DNA from: Octopus vulgaris
Lineage: Eukaryota
Length of the DNA stretch: 64,000 nucleotides
Reading direction: 5' to 3'
Assembly (NCBI GenBank): GCA_951406725.2
Contig: OX597830.1
Coordinates: 66,712,001 to 66,776,000, forward strand
A program made the position numbers and the translations under genes. This document shows, piece by piece, positions 1 to 10,962 of this stretch; the first letter of the stretch is position 1; each line of letters starts with the position of its first letter. The notes below the pieces were generated by a model. It saw only the letters and a list, made by a program, of their open reading frames with translations. It searched no databases and was not told where the DNA came from.

Positions 1-375
1 CCTTTTACTTGTTTCAGTCATTAGACTGTGGCCATGCTGGGGAACTGCCTTCAAGAAGTTTTGATCAGTCGAATTAGCCCAGTACTTTTTTTTGTTTAAG
101 CTGGGTACATATTTTATCAATCTCTTTTGCCAAACTACTAAGTTATGGGGATGTAAGCAAACCAACACTGGTTGTCAAGAAGTGGTGAGGGACAAATACA
201 AAGACACACACAAAGTGTTGAGCTTCATTTAGTTTCCAGCTACCAAATCCACTCACAAGGCTTTAGTCAACCTGAAGATATAGTGGAAGACACTTACCCA
301 AGGTGCCATGCAGTGGGACTGAACCTGGGACCATGTATTTGGGAAGAAAACTTCTTACCACACAACCATGCTTGT
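1..375 (-). mobile_element. Diverged copy of SINE family A
   Basis: Reverse complement of the family A head (tgtggtaagaag...ggttcagtcccactgc) and tail (gactgaaacaagtaaaa). Confidence 0.75.
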
Positions 376-485
376 ACTTTGTATTGTGGACCCAGACAAT
401 TTATTTTGTTACTGGTTTCAACCACTACGCTGTAGCTATACTATATTTTCTGCTTTCCAAACAGCATCTGTGTCTGCTATTTGCG

Positions 486-900
486 TCATGTTAGGTTACA
501 GAAGCTATCAACTATTTCTAGTGAATTGTCCAGGCATTTAAAAGAATCTATTTCTGGTGTTCTTTTAATACTTATTGCTCCACTGCATTTGCTACACACA
601 AAGCTTAGCTTCTCTATCAGTCTACCTGTGATCCTACTACATCTCTTGTGTGTCCATAGATTCCACTGTATACAACATATGGAATTTATACCGAGTCCTT
701 TTCTGCGTATCATACTGGTTGTTTCCTTGGTGATACTAGGGCCTGCCTTTTCTAAGTTTACTGTGATCCCAAGTTTTGCTTGGAATTTCTTTTCTAGTTT
801 CACTATAGATTCATCTAGATTATCAGCATATGGTACTTACCATGGACAGGCAGCCTTAAAATCCTTTGTGGTACACTGTAGGACTGAGAGGACTAAAGAT
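486..900 (-). mobile_element. Decayed RTE-type LINE ORF fragment (Cys-rich segment within the RT region)
   Basis: Translation GLGINSICCIQWNLWTHKRCSRITGRL...FVCSKCSG...LEIVDSFC resembles the C/H-rich insert before the FxYLG motif of RTE-like RTs. Confidence 0.65.
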
Positions 901-1436
901 TGAACGTTGATGCCTCTCCCCACACCTACTGTCATAATAAAATTGGTTTCAAATTTTTGCACAAGGCCAGCAATTTCAGGGGAGGGGCTAAGTCAATGAC
1001 ATCGGCCCCAGTGCTCAAAGTAAACCCAGGCAAAGCTGACTTCAGTGGAATTAGAACTGAAAACATACAGCCGAAATGCCGCTAAACATTTTGCATGGCA
1101 CAAAAACAATTCTACCAGCTCACTGCCTTAAATCAATGTAATATATGGTTTCAAATTTTGGCACAAAGCCAGCATGTTTGAGGGAGGGGGTAAGTCAGTT
1201 ACATTCACCTTCTCCCCCCAGCATTCAACGGGTACTTATTTTATTGACCCTGAAAAGATAAAAGCCAAAGACAGCCTCTGCAGAATTTGAACTCGGGATG
1301 TAAAGACAGCATTTTACCTGGCATTGCAACATTTCTACCAGTTCACTGCCACATAGTGAGAGAGAATTCAAAACCACATGGAAATACACTAAATAAACTT
1401 TACATCCACGACGTACTTTTCAGCTACACATACATA

Positions 1437-1473
<37 letters not shown>

Positions 1474-1520
1474 GTATGGATACTTACGTATCCATACATA
1501 TATGCAATACATATACATAC

Positions 1521-1771
1521 AGCGCAATCACCACAGGAGCAGGGACAGCCGAGGAGGGACGGATTCGGTCAGCAGAGCAGAAACGCCAGATGCGGAAAGC
1601 CAGAGCCGCCTGCACCAGTAGCACGGCCCCTACCCACTTCTGCCCCACCTGTGGGAGGGGCTTCCTTGCCCGGATTGGCCTCACCAGCCACCTCCGGTCT
1701 CATAGCGGCAGTTCCACCAGATGATGTCAGTGGTCATCTTCGAACCCGAAGGACGAACATTATTATTATTA
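1521..1771 (+). mobile_element. 3' end of an RTE-clade LINE (C-terminal C2H2 finger, short 3'UTR, (ATT)n tail)
   Basis: GC-rich island encoding RQMRKARA...CPTCGRGFLARIGLTSHLRSH-stop, then gtcatcttcgaacccgaaggacgaac and ATT repeats. Confidence 0.8.
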
Positions 1772-1868
1772 TATATGTATAGAGTGTTAGGTATGGTGTA
1801 CAGTTATTGAATATTGAGAGAAAAGGTCGCCAGAATTTTGGAAAAAAATCTTTTTATTTATTCATTAT

Positions 1869-1906
1869 TATTAGTACTTTCGTTTGTTTCTTGAACTTGT
1901 CAAATA
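1869..1906 (-). ncRNA. Minimal type I hammerhead ribozyme-like motif (U3-A8 variant)
   Basis: Minus strand reads UAU-UUGACAA-GUU(caagaaaca)AAC-GAAA-GUAC-UA-AUA; 3-bp stem I, 3-bp stem II, palindromic helix III AGUACU. Confidence 0.5.
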
Positions 1907-2470
1907 CCTATATATAGGTATAAATCAATGGCTAGCAAATTTTAACCAACAACATGGATATATCTACAATTTTTATGCCTCTATTAATGTTGGGGGCGAT
2001 GTTGACGATTGATTTAATATTTAATTATTTGAAAAAGTGTTAATGACATTGTCATATGAAAACTATCGCAATCCTTGCGGTTTTTTCTGATGTTTAGTTG
2101 TTCAGATAAAGAAAAAAGATAGAAAACGTGAAATATTTTCGGAACTAAAATAAAAATAAAAAGCTTTGATGAATTAGTAATTTGTTTGAAGAAGTTCAAG
2201 ACCTGAAGTTGAAATAAAATTAATCAATTTAATATTGAAGTGGTATAAGTTGAGGTGGCATTTTTGATCTGAAATGCCATTATAATATATTGAAATATGG
2301 CAGGAATGAAAGACAAAAAAAAAAACATTCAGTGTTCAGGCTGGTATATCTGTAGGCTTCATGTCAAGGGCTGTTGGTTTGCAGTTTGTAATCTTGTTTA
2401 GATCAATACCATTTTTGCTTTTATAATGGAAATATCTTTAGTGGCACCAAACTTTCACAATTAAATTGAT

Positions 2471-2789
2471 TTCTTCTTCTTCTTCTTCTTCTTCTTCTTC
2501 TTCTTCTTCTTCTTCTTCTTCTTCTTCTCCTCCTCCTCCTTCTTCTTCTTCTTCTTCTTCTTCTCCCTCCTCCTCTTCTACCTCCTCTTCTTCTTCTTCT
2601 TCTTCTTCTTCTTCTTCTCCCTCCTCCTCCTCCTCTTCTTCTTCTTCTTCTTCTTCTTCTTCTTCTTCTCCACCTCCTCCCCCTCCTCCTCCCCCTCCTC
2701 CTCCTCCTCCTCCTCTTCTTCTTCTTCTTCTTCTTCTTCTTCTTCTTCTTCTTCTTCTTCTTCTTCCTCCTCCTCCTCCTTCTTCTTCT
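2471..2789. repeat. (TTC/TCC)n polypyrimidine microsatellite
   Basis: About 320 bp of pure pyrimidine triplets. Confidence 0.97.
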
Positions 2790-4350
2790 GACTGATTTTG
2801 TTTTTACATAACAAATCTCAATTAAGAACTGCCAACATCACAAATGGGAGTTGCTATTTTGCCTTTCTTTTCTTTCTTTCTTTCTCTTCTCCTCTATCCC
2901 TCTCTCTAGATCTAGGCACACCATCATCATCGTCATCATCCATTTTCTATGCTGGCATGAGTTGGATGATTTCACAGATGCTGGCTAGCCAGAGAGCTGC
3001 CCAGGCTCCAGTTTTCTGCTTTGGCATTTTTCTACAGCTGGAAGCCCTTCCTTATGCCAACTACTTCACAGAGCATACTGGGTGCTTTTTCTTTTGGCAC
3101 TGGTGTGGGTCCTTTATACATGGCAATAACACAGCTGCTTTATACATGGCACCAGCAGGGGTGATTTACATGTGACACTGGCACAGGTGTTTTATATGTG
3201 ACTTGGTACTTTTTATATGGCACAGGTACTTTTTATGTGGGTGCTTTTCACATGGGTACTTTTTATATGGCACTGACATGGGTGTTTTATTCATTGCATC
3301 AGCATGGGAGCTTTATATGAGTCTCATGCCTTTGGTTTTCCTTTGGTTGGTATTACAACAGTTTTAAAATGCTGAGCACTCATCAGCCATTAATAGAGGT
3401 TTTCCATTAATACATAATTTTCATATCTTACAGAAATATGTCCATACTTCCTAAAATTTGCCAGCTGTACACCTGATGCCCTCATCCCTATTTCTTCTTC
3501 CTTTTTTTTTCTTTCTTTCAGACTTTTTCACTGTTCACTTCCTGTGCATGTTTTATTTACTGTTCACGTAGTTTGGGTTACTTTCTCTGATGAGTTGTAG
3601 TGCACCTGAGCACTGTATACAATAAATTCATTATTATAATTTCCCATAGCTAGATATGTTTTCTATGGAAGACTAGAAATAGATATTACTTGTATAACAT
3701 TGACACTTATTTACAAGGGTAACGCACATATGTACATACATGATGGACTTCTTTCAACTTCTATGTACCAGAGCCACTCACAAGGTTTTAGTTAGCTTAG
3801 GGCCCTAGTAGAAAAAAAGCATATCCAAGATAGCACGCAGTGGGATTGAACCCAAAACCATGTGGTTGGGAAACAAACTTCTTAATCCCACAGCCATGCT
3901 TACACCTACTACAGAACCATATGTATAATTATTTATATGTCATTTTGCACTGAATGTTTGTATAAAATTTAATTCAATGCATACAGATAACTTCCCACTG
4001 GAATTGAGTTTTAAGAATCCACAAAGCCCTGTTGAAAAATCTAATTTTTTTTTCTTTATATTATTTTGACTTTTTCTTTCTCTTTTGGAATCAATGTCTC
4101 TCATATATGTATCTGTGTATCTATGAGTCTGAAATAGCAACCAAGTTTCCCTCAAATCACACCTTACTCGTCACGTATGTATGTATGCATGTGTGTGTAT
4201 ACATACACACACACACACATGTATATATATATATATATTATATGTATGCACATATTTCTTTATATGTGTATATACATATATATATATATACATGCCTACT
4301 AGAAATAGTGGCCAAATCTTTCATAATACATGTGTGTGTGTATATATATA

Positions 4351-4518
4351 TATATATAATTTACAAGATAAGGGCAGAAGAAAAATTCTAATGCCAAATA
4401 TGCCGAAACAAAAAATTGTCGATAACCATTATAATTATAATGGTTATCGACAATTTTTTGTTTCGGCATATCTGGCATTAGAATTTTTCTTCTGCCCTTA
4501 TCTTGTAAATTATATATA
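4351..4518. repeat. Loopless palindrome with 84-bp arms next to (TA)n (Penelope-like inverted terminus)
   Basis: Centre ccattataa|ttataatgg at 4434/4435; one mismatch between arms. Confidence 0.9.
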
Positions 4519-4602
4519 AATTTTACCTTTAAAGGCATTTTTTGATATGCTGGCCATTGATAAAATTTTTTTCCCGAAAAATTTTTTATCCTATATTAAT
4601 TA

Positions 4603-4996
4603 CTAGCAGTATCGCCCGGCGTTGCTCGGGTTTGTAAGGGAAATAACTATATAAGCATTTTTAGAGATGTAAAGTATAATAGCCATCTCAATATGGCTAA
4701 CCACAAAGCGGGGTGTTACTGTAGCTTTTTACGTTCTGAGATTTAATAATACATTTTTAGAGCGTTACTTCCCTTATATAATAGCAAAAAAATGCATTAA
4801 AAATGGGAAAAAATGATGGTAAATTTTTTTAAAATCGTAGACTCATCATAGACGTACACTAATACCCAAAAGGGCTCGATATGAATCCCGACTATAAGAT
4901 ACCCACTTTTGGTTACACTGCACCGCAAAATGTGGGAGTAGTTAGGAATCTAAATCGTAGGAGACAGACACAAAACCTCTCTTTTATATATAAAGA
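4603..4996 (-). mobile_element. Non-autonomous Helitron-type element, copy 1
   Basis: Minus strand begins TC(tttatata) and ends in GC hairpin cccgagcaacgccggg plus CTAG; near-identical copy at 19658-20245. Confidence 0.75.
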
Positions 4997-5032
<36 letters not shown>

Positions 5033-5511
5033 ATATATACATACATACGTAACACACACTCACACATATAAGGAAAATAAGACAAGTTAGAAAATGCTAA
5101 AATAATTTTATCATGAAGAACATTTTAATGCCGGTTTCAGTCTTTGTGACTTTTTCAACTCTAGTTAAGCATGAAAAACAATTAAATTGTGGAAAAATTA
5201 AATGAAAAGTTTCTTCAAGATATTTCCATAGTTTTCAAATGCAAGTGAAATTTTCCTTCTTTTCTGTTTGTCTCTGTCTCTCTTTTTCACTCATGTACAT
5301 ATACATATACATATATGGAGGCACATGGCCTAGTGGTTAGAGCTACGGACTCGCAGTCAAGGGATTGCAGGTTCAAATCTTCATGTGCATATATATTTAT
5401 GTATATATATATTTATATATTCTTTCTTTGTTGTTAGATCGTATGTGATCTTCTTCTAGTGTATGGTTATCCACCTAGTGGTTTAGCCCTAAATATAAAC
5501 ATATATATATA

Positions 5512-5907
5512 TATTTTAAAAATATAAATATATGAAAGAATGGAGCTGAACGACGAATTAACAAAATTCCTTTATTTTCGATATATGTTTCGAAGGCTGC
5601 ATATTCCTAATTGCGAAGGAATAAGGAGTACATTATGCCGATGTACTCCTTATTCTTTCGCAATTAGGAATATGCAGCCTTCAAAACATATGTTGAAAAT
5701 AAAGGAATTTTGTTAATTCGTCGTTCAGCTCCATTCTTTCATATATTCATATTTTTAAAATAAACATGCAAATTTCCACATAAAAGCACGTAATCTATGC
5801 CCTAGGCACGTAACTTCAACCGTGTTTTTTCTGATGTGAATTTGCTACCCAGGTATCGGTTAACTCGAATTATCCTTAATAAGATAATTCATTCAACTAC
5901 TCAAATA

Positions 5908-5910
<3 letters not shown>
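5512..5910 (+). mobile_element. Penelope-like inverted terminus: 122-bp inverted arms plus ~150-nt tail, between (TA)n tracts
   Basis: Arms 5512-5633 and 5641-5762; the consensus of the two arms contains cGAAAC-ATAT-GTC (3' half of a hammerhead). Confidence 0.65.
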
Positions 5911-5943
<33 letters not shown>

Positions 5944-6673
5944 TAGGTATGTATATATATATATATATTTGTATGTATGTATATGTATATAGTGTGTGTT
6001 TTGAGTTTTGAGAGTTGTATTTAATTTTAGTAGCAATGTTTAAACATTCCAGTGAAATTCCTTTGAAAGTTTTTTTTTTTTTATTTCTTGTAAGATTTAT
6101 GTTGTTTCCATTCTAATCAATAATTCATTTGCTTATATTTTTTATTTTTATTTATATTCAGTTCTGGTTTCGGTATTTTGCTGAAACTTCTCAACATTTT
6201 AAACTTTATTTACGATGTTTACTAATGGTAACCATGTATCGACCGCATACTAATGTTATTCCACATACGAAATTTACATCACCAACACATGGGTTGTTTG
6301 ATGGGATTGGCATGGGAAATGTTTTTGATATGTACATTTGGTGAGGGTCTAGAACATAAAACTGACCCCTCTTTCTCTTTCTCTCTCACTCTCTCTCTCT
6401 CTTTTTCTCTCTCTCTCTCTCTCTTTCACACACACACATGCACACTCACATGTGCACATGTTCTCAAAAATAACAACAGCTTACCAAACACACTTTGACC
6501 TCTGGGCACTGATCCGTAGATACACGACCTCTCCTTGCTTACCTTGTCCCTACCACATTAGCCCTTGCTCTTCAGAACTAGCTAATTGCGTTCAGATGTA
6601 CACATTATGTCTGTCTTTTAACTTCACTTCGCCCCTGCTACTCCCCTGCTATGCTACCAGTCCCTGGTGCTAA

Positions 6674-6968
6674 CATCATCGTCATCATCATCATCGTTTA
6701 GCATCCGCTTTCCATGCTGGCATGGGTTGGACGGTTCAACTGGGGTCTGGGAAGCCAGAAGGCTGCACCAGGCTCCAATCTGATCTGGCAATATTTCTAC
6801 GGCTGGATGCCCTTCCTATCGCCAACCACTCCATGAGTGTAGTGGGTGCTTTTTATGTGCCAGGCGAGGCTGGCAAACGGCCACGATTGGATGGTGCTTT
6901 TTGCGTGCCACCAGCACGGAGGCCAGGCAAGGCTGGCAACGGCCGCAATTCGATGGTGCTTTTTATGT
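6674..6968 (-). mobile_element. Family D repeat: LINE/SINE 3' end with (GAT)n tail and internal ~55-60 bp minisatellite
   Basis: catcatcgtttagcatccgctttccatgctggcatgggttggacgg...ctggatgcccttcc. Other copies at about 7621-7860, 8758-9047, 12681-13077, 15404-15895, 35977-36125, 41462-41800 and 59715-60139, and on the opposite strand at 54120-54432. Confidence 0.85.
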
Positions 6969-7861
6969 AGTCCCAGAATATCAATCACCTACTATTCTGT
7001 CTCATGTTAACCCTTTTTCATGACAACTGATAAAAATTTCTAATTTGTCTTCAATAACTTCCACTTTTCTATCTAACTGTCCCCAGAGACCACACTAAAC
7101 CAACCAGACTCTCTCAAGTCATTCTAGAACACACAAGAACTATCACCAAGTCATGTTTTCTATTAAACTATTTCTCTGTAGAAGCTAAAAATTTGAAGTT
7201 ACTTTGCTTGCTGCCCATGCTTACAGTTGAAGATATTTACCTTAGTATCTGCACAGTAGCATGCTGCTAAATAAAATGCAGTGTGCATTTAATATTTCGT
7301 TTTAATGTCTACTTCTCCTGGCTTGCATGCGTCGAATGGAGTTTGCTGAGACACCTCAGGCAAGTGTTTTCTACTGTGGCCCTGTGTTGACCAAAGCATT
7401 GTGAGTGGATTTAGTAGACAAAAGCTAAAAGAAGCCTGTTTCATACATGCATACATATGTGTGTGTGTGCTAGCATGGCTGTGTGGTAAGAAGTTTGCTT
7501 TCCAACCACATGGTTCCAGGTTCAGCCTCACTGTGTGAGACCTCAGGCAAGTGTTTTCTGTTATAGCCTCAGGCTGACCAAAGCATTATTAGTGGTAGGC
7601 AGAAACTGAAAGAGGCACTTCATCATCATTGTTTAACGTCTGTTTTCCATGCTAGCATGGGTTGGATGGTTCGACCGGGGTCTGGGAAGCCAGGAGGCTG
7701 CACCAGGCTCCAGTCTGATCTGGTAGTGTTTCTACAGCTGGATGCCCTTCCTAATGCCAACCTGTCCATGAGTGTAGTGGGTGCTTTTTATGTGCCACCA
7801 ACATAGGGGCCAGTCAAGGCAGCACTGGCATTGACCACGTTCAGATGGTGCTTTATATGTA

Positions 7862-8269
7862 CCTATTTCTTTACTACCCACAAGGGGCTAAACACAGAGA
7901 GGACAAACAAGGACAGACAAAGGGATTAAGTCAATTATATCAACCCCAGTGCATAACTGGTACTTAATTTATCGACCTCGAAAGGATGAAAGGCAAAGTC
8001 GACCTCAGCGAAATTTGAACTCAGAACATAATGGCAGACAAAATACCTATTTCTTTACTACCCACAAGGGGCTAAACACAGAAGGGACAAACAAGGACAG
8101 ACAAATGGATTAAGTCGATTATATCGACCCCGGTGCGTAACTGGTACTTAATTTATCAACCCCAAAAGGATGAAAGGCAAAGTCAACCTCAACGGAATTT
8201 GAACTTAGAACGCTGCAGCAGACGAAATACTGCTAAGCATTTTGCCTGGCATGCTAACGTTTCTACCAG
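7862..8269 (-). mobile_element. SINE family C, head-to-tail dimer
   Basis: Two units about 184 bp apart, each starting cctatttctttactacccacaagggg; B-box-like gagttcaaatt on the minus strand. Confidence 0.85.
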
Positions 8270-9910
8270 TCTTCTTACCACACAGCTATACCTGCTCATA
8301 TAGATTGTGAACTTTTCATAAGCAAACTTTGGCAGATTTACTAAATATAGAATTATAGAATGGAATTTTAGAAGTGATCAGAAGTGATCAGAATGGATTA
8401 AGTTTTAATTATTATATTCTCCTCATTGTTTTATCTTGCAGATAATTGGGTTTTATAAATAATTATAAATGTCATTAAATATATGTACGAATGCTGTGAT
8501 AAGAATTAGAGTAATTCTGAGTGGCACTGGACGTGAAACATTTATATCTCATTTTATTAGCGTTCAGTGGTTGGACATTGAGGAATAATAATATTCCAGA
8601 AGTTTATATTGATGATCATTTATGAGGCACCGGTGTAGTTGTGTGGTAAGAAAGTTGCTTCCCAACTATATGGTTCCGAGTTCAGTCCCACTGCGTGGTA
8701 CCTTAGGTAAAGCGTTTTTTTCCATAGCCTCAGGCTGACCAAAACCTTGTGATTGAAATCATCATCATCATCGTTTAGCGTCCACTTTCCATGCTGGCAT
8801 GGGTTGGACAGTTCAACTGTGGTCTGGGAAGTCAGAAGGCTGCACCAGACCCAGTCTGATCTGGCAATGTTTCTATGGCTGGATGCCCTTCCTAACGCCA
8901 ACCACTCCATGAGTGTAGTGGGTGCTTTTTATGTGCCACCAGCACTGGTACCAGACGAGCCTGGCAAATGGCCACGATCAGATGGTGCTTTTTATGTGCC
9001 ACTGGCACGGGGGCCAGGCAAGGCTGGCAAACGGCTACGATCGGATGGACAGAAACAGAAAGAAGTCCATCATGTGTGTGTGTGTGATTGTCCCCCAGCA
9101 CCACTTGCAACGGGTGTTGTTATGTTTATGTCCCCATAACTTAGCAGTTTGGTAAAGAAGCTGATAAAATAAGTACCAGGCTTTAAAAGAATAATAAGTT
9201 CAAGTCTATATGTCTATATGCTGGTTAGACAAGCTGTCGGCAAGCAGACCAATTCACAAGAAACTTATGGGATGTTCACCTACAAAAAATACCTCCATCG
9301 CTCATCATTTTTGCTCTGCCAGCCACTCCACCTCACACCCCACTGTCTTTGGCCTGGCCTTACACCAAAGATCCACCAACACCAGACTTCGGTTTTCAAG
9401 CGATGTTGGGGGGACAAACACAGACACACAAACATGCACAGACATATATAAATACATATACATATATACAAGGGGCTTCTTTCAGTTTCCGTCTACCAAA
9501 TCCACTCACAAGGCTTTGGTCAGCTCGAGGCTACAGTAGAAGACACATGCCTAAGGTGCCATGCAGTGGGACTGAACCCGGAACTATGTGGTTGGTAAGC
9601 AAGCTACTTGCCACACAGTCCTACACACTGACTATCTTTGCACTCTCCTGTCCCCCAAAACCACTTTCTCTATCTCTTTCCACTTCGGGTCACTTCAGCC
9701 ATGTAACTACACATGTGCTGTTGGTGATATTTCCCCTTCTCTGGAGTTTTCTGCTTTCCTTTCTTATGAAAAGCTTTGCTCAAAAGGTCAAAAAACCTCT
9801 CTTTTTCCCACCTTTACCAAGTGTTGAACTAATATATTCCACATTCACATTAACTTCTTTTTCTTGTTGTTAGTTTTTTAATGTTTGATTATTCAATTTG
9901 ACCATATATA

Positions 9911-9968
<58 letters not shown>

Positions 9969-10095
9969 TATATACACACATACATCTATATATGGCTCGA
10001 AACGTAAAAGACTTGTTTTATTTATATTCCTGAGCGGCATACTAATGTTTGTATTCCACCTGCCTTCGTCTTTTGTTTATTTTCATAAAGCTTCC

Positions 10096-10189
<94 letters not shown>

Positions 10190-10196
10190 ATAAGAC

Positions 10197-10375
10197 TGAA
10201 CACGAAAAGTGGACAGTCAACATGCTAGATATAGACGTCAAATCGCCATTCTCCACAAAGATTATGTTCTCAAATAAAATAAAATTCAGCACAAACTTTT
10301 GAGAACATAATCTTTGTGGAGAATGGCGATTTGACGTCTATATCTAGCGTGTTGACTGTCCACTTTTCGTGTTCA
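10197..10375. repeat. Inverted repeat, 78-bp arms and 23-nt spacer, between (TA)n tracts
   Basis: Arms 10197-10274 and 10298-10375; a single CpG/TpG mismatch. Confidence 0.9.
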
Positions 10376-10537
10376 TTCCTTAATTGGTATATATATATAT
10401 TTTAATCTTTGGATTCTTTTTAATATGCTAGTCCACTGGTTTTAATTGACTAATATCAATTTCTACCCTTAATTAATTTTTAATATATATATATATACAC
10501 ACACATACATATATATACATATATGTCTGTATGTATG

Positions 10538-10573
<36 letters not shown>

Positions 10574-10579
<6 letters not shown>

Positions 10580-10898
10580 TAAATATAATATGTGACAGTT
10601 ATTTGGTAGCCATGATAAAACTCTGAGTTTCGGATGTCAGGGTGGAAGCCCATGCCGCCATCTCTTCAGTTATCTGGCCATCGAAAAAATGCTATGAAAA
10701 AATGGTTTTTCATAGCATTTTTTTGATGGCCAGATAACTGAAGAGATGGCGGCATGGGCTTCCACCCTGACATCCGAAACTCAGAGTTTTATCATGGCTA
10801 CCAAATAACTGTCACATATTATATTTACTGATAAATTCCTCTATTTACATAATATCGAGGTCTCTTTCATTCTTTTGTTGTCTTACCATTTCTATCAA
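10574..10898 (+). mobile_element. Penelope-like solo pseudo-LTR: 128-bp inverted arms plus ~65-nt tail, inserted in (TA)n
   Basis: Arms 10574-10701 and 10706-10833 (one mismatch), loop atgg; each arm contains a hammerhead motif. Confidence 0.75.
10727..10800 (+). ncRNA. Type I hammerhead ribozyme motif
   Basis: UGGCCAGAUAA-CUGAAGA-GAUG...CAUC-C-GAAA-CUCAGAG-UU-UUAUC(A)UGGCUA; about 11-bp stem I with one bulge; predicted cleavage after 10788 (GUU); one extra C before GAAA. Confidence 0.7.
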
Positions 10899-10962
10899 TA
10901 TATATATATATCTATATACACACATATATGTGTGTATATATATATACATACATATACATATA

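Noticed and set aside
2466-2814. Poly-Ser/Pro/Leu and poly-Glu/Lys ORFs
   Set aside because: Translations of a TTC/TCC microsatellite; the same applies to the YI, LSIY, poly-I/N and poly-H ORFs elsewhere
3587-3640. CTGATGAG as a hammerhead core
   Set aside because: No downstream GAAA or helix III; looks like a LINE 3' tail ending in ATT repeats
8442-8470. Acceptor-like ttttatcttgcag as the missing upstream DGK exon
   Set aside because: Immediate stops and no RPEDKLE-type sequence; that exon appears to lie upstream of the window
9349-9873. Recurrent ORF RQASFSFRLPNPLTRLWSARGYSRRHLPKV
   Set aside because: Antisense reading of SINE family A, repeated at every copy
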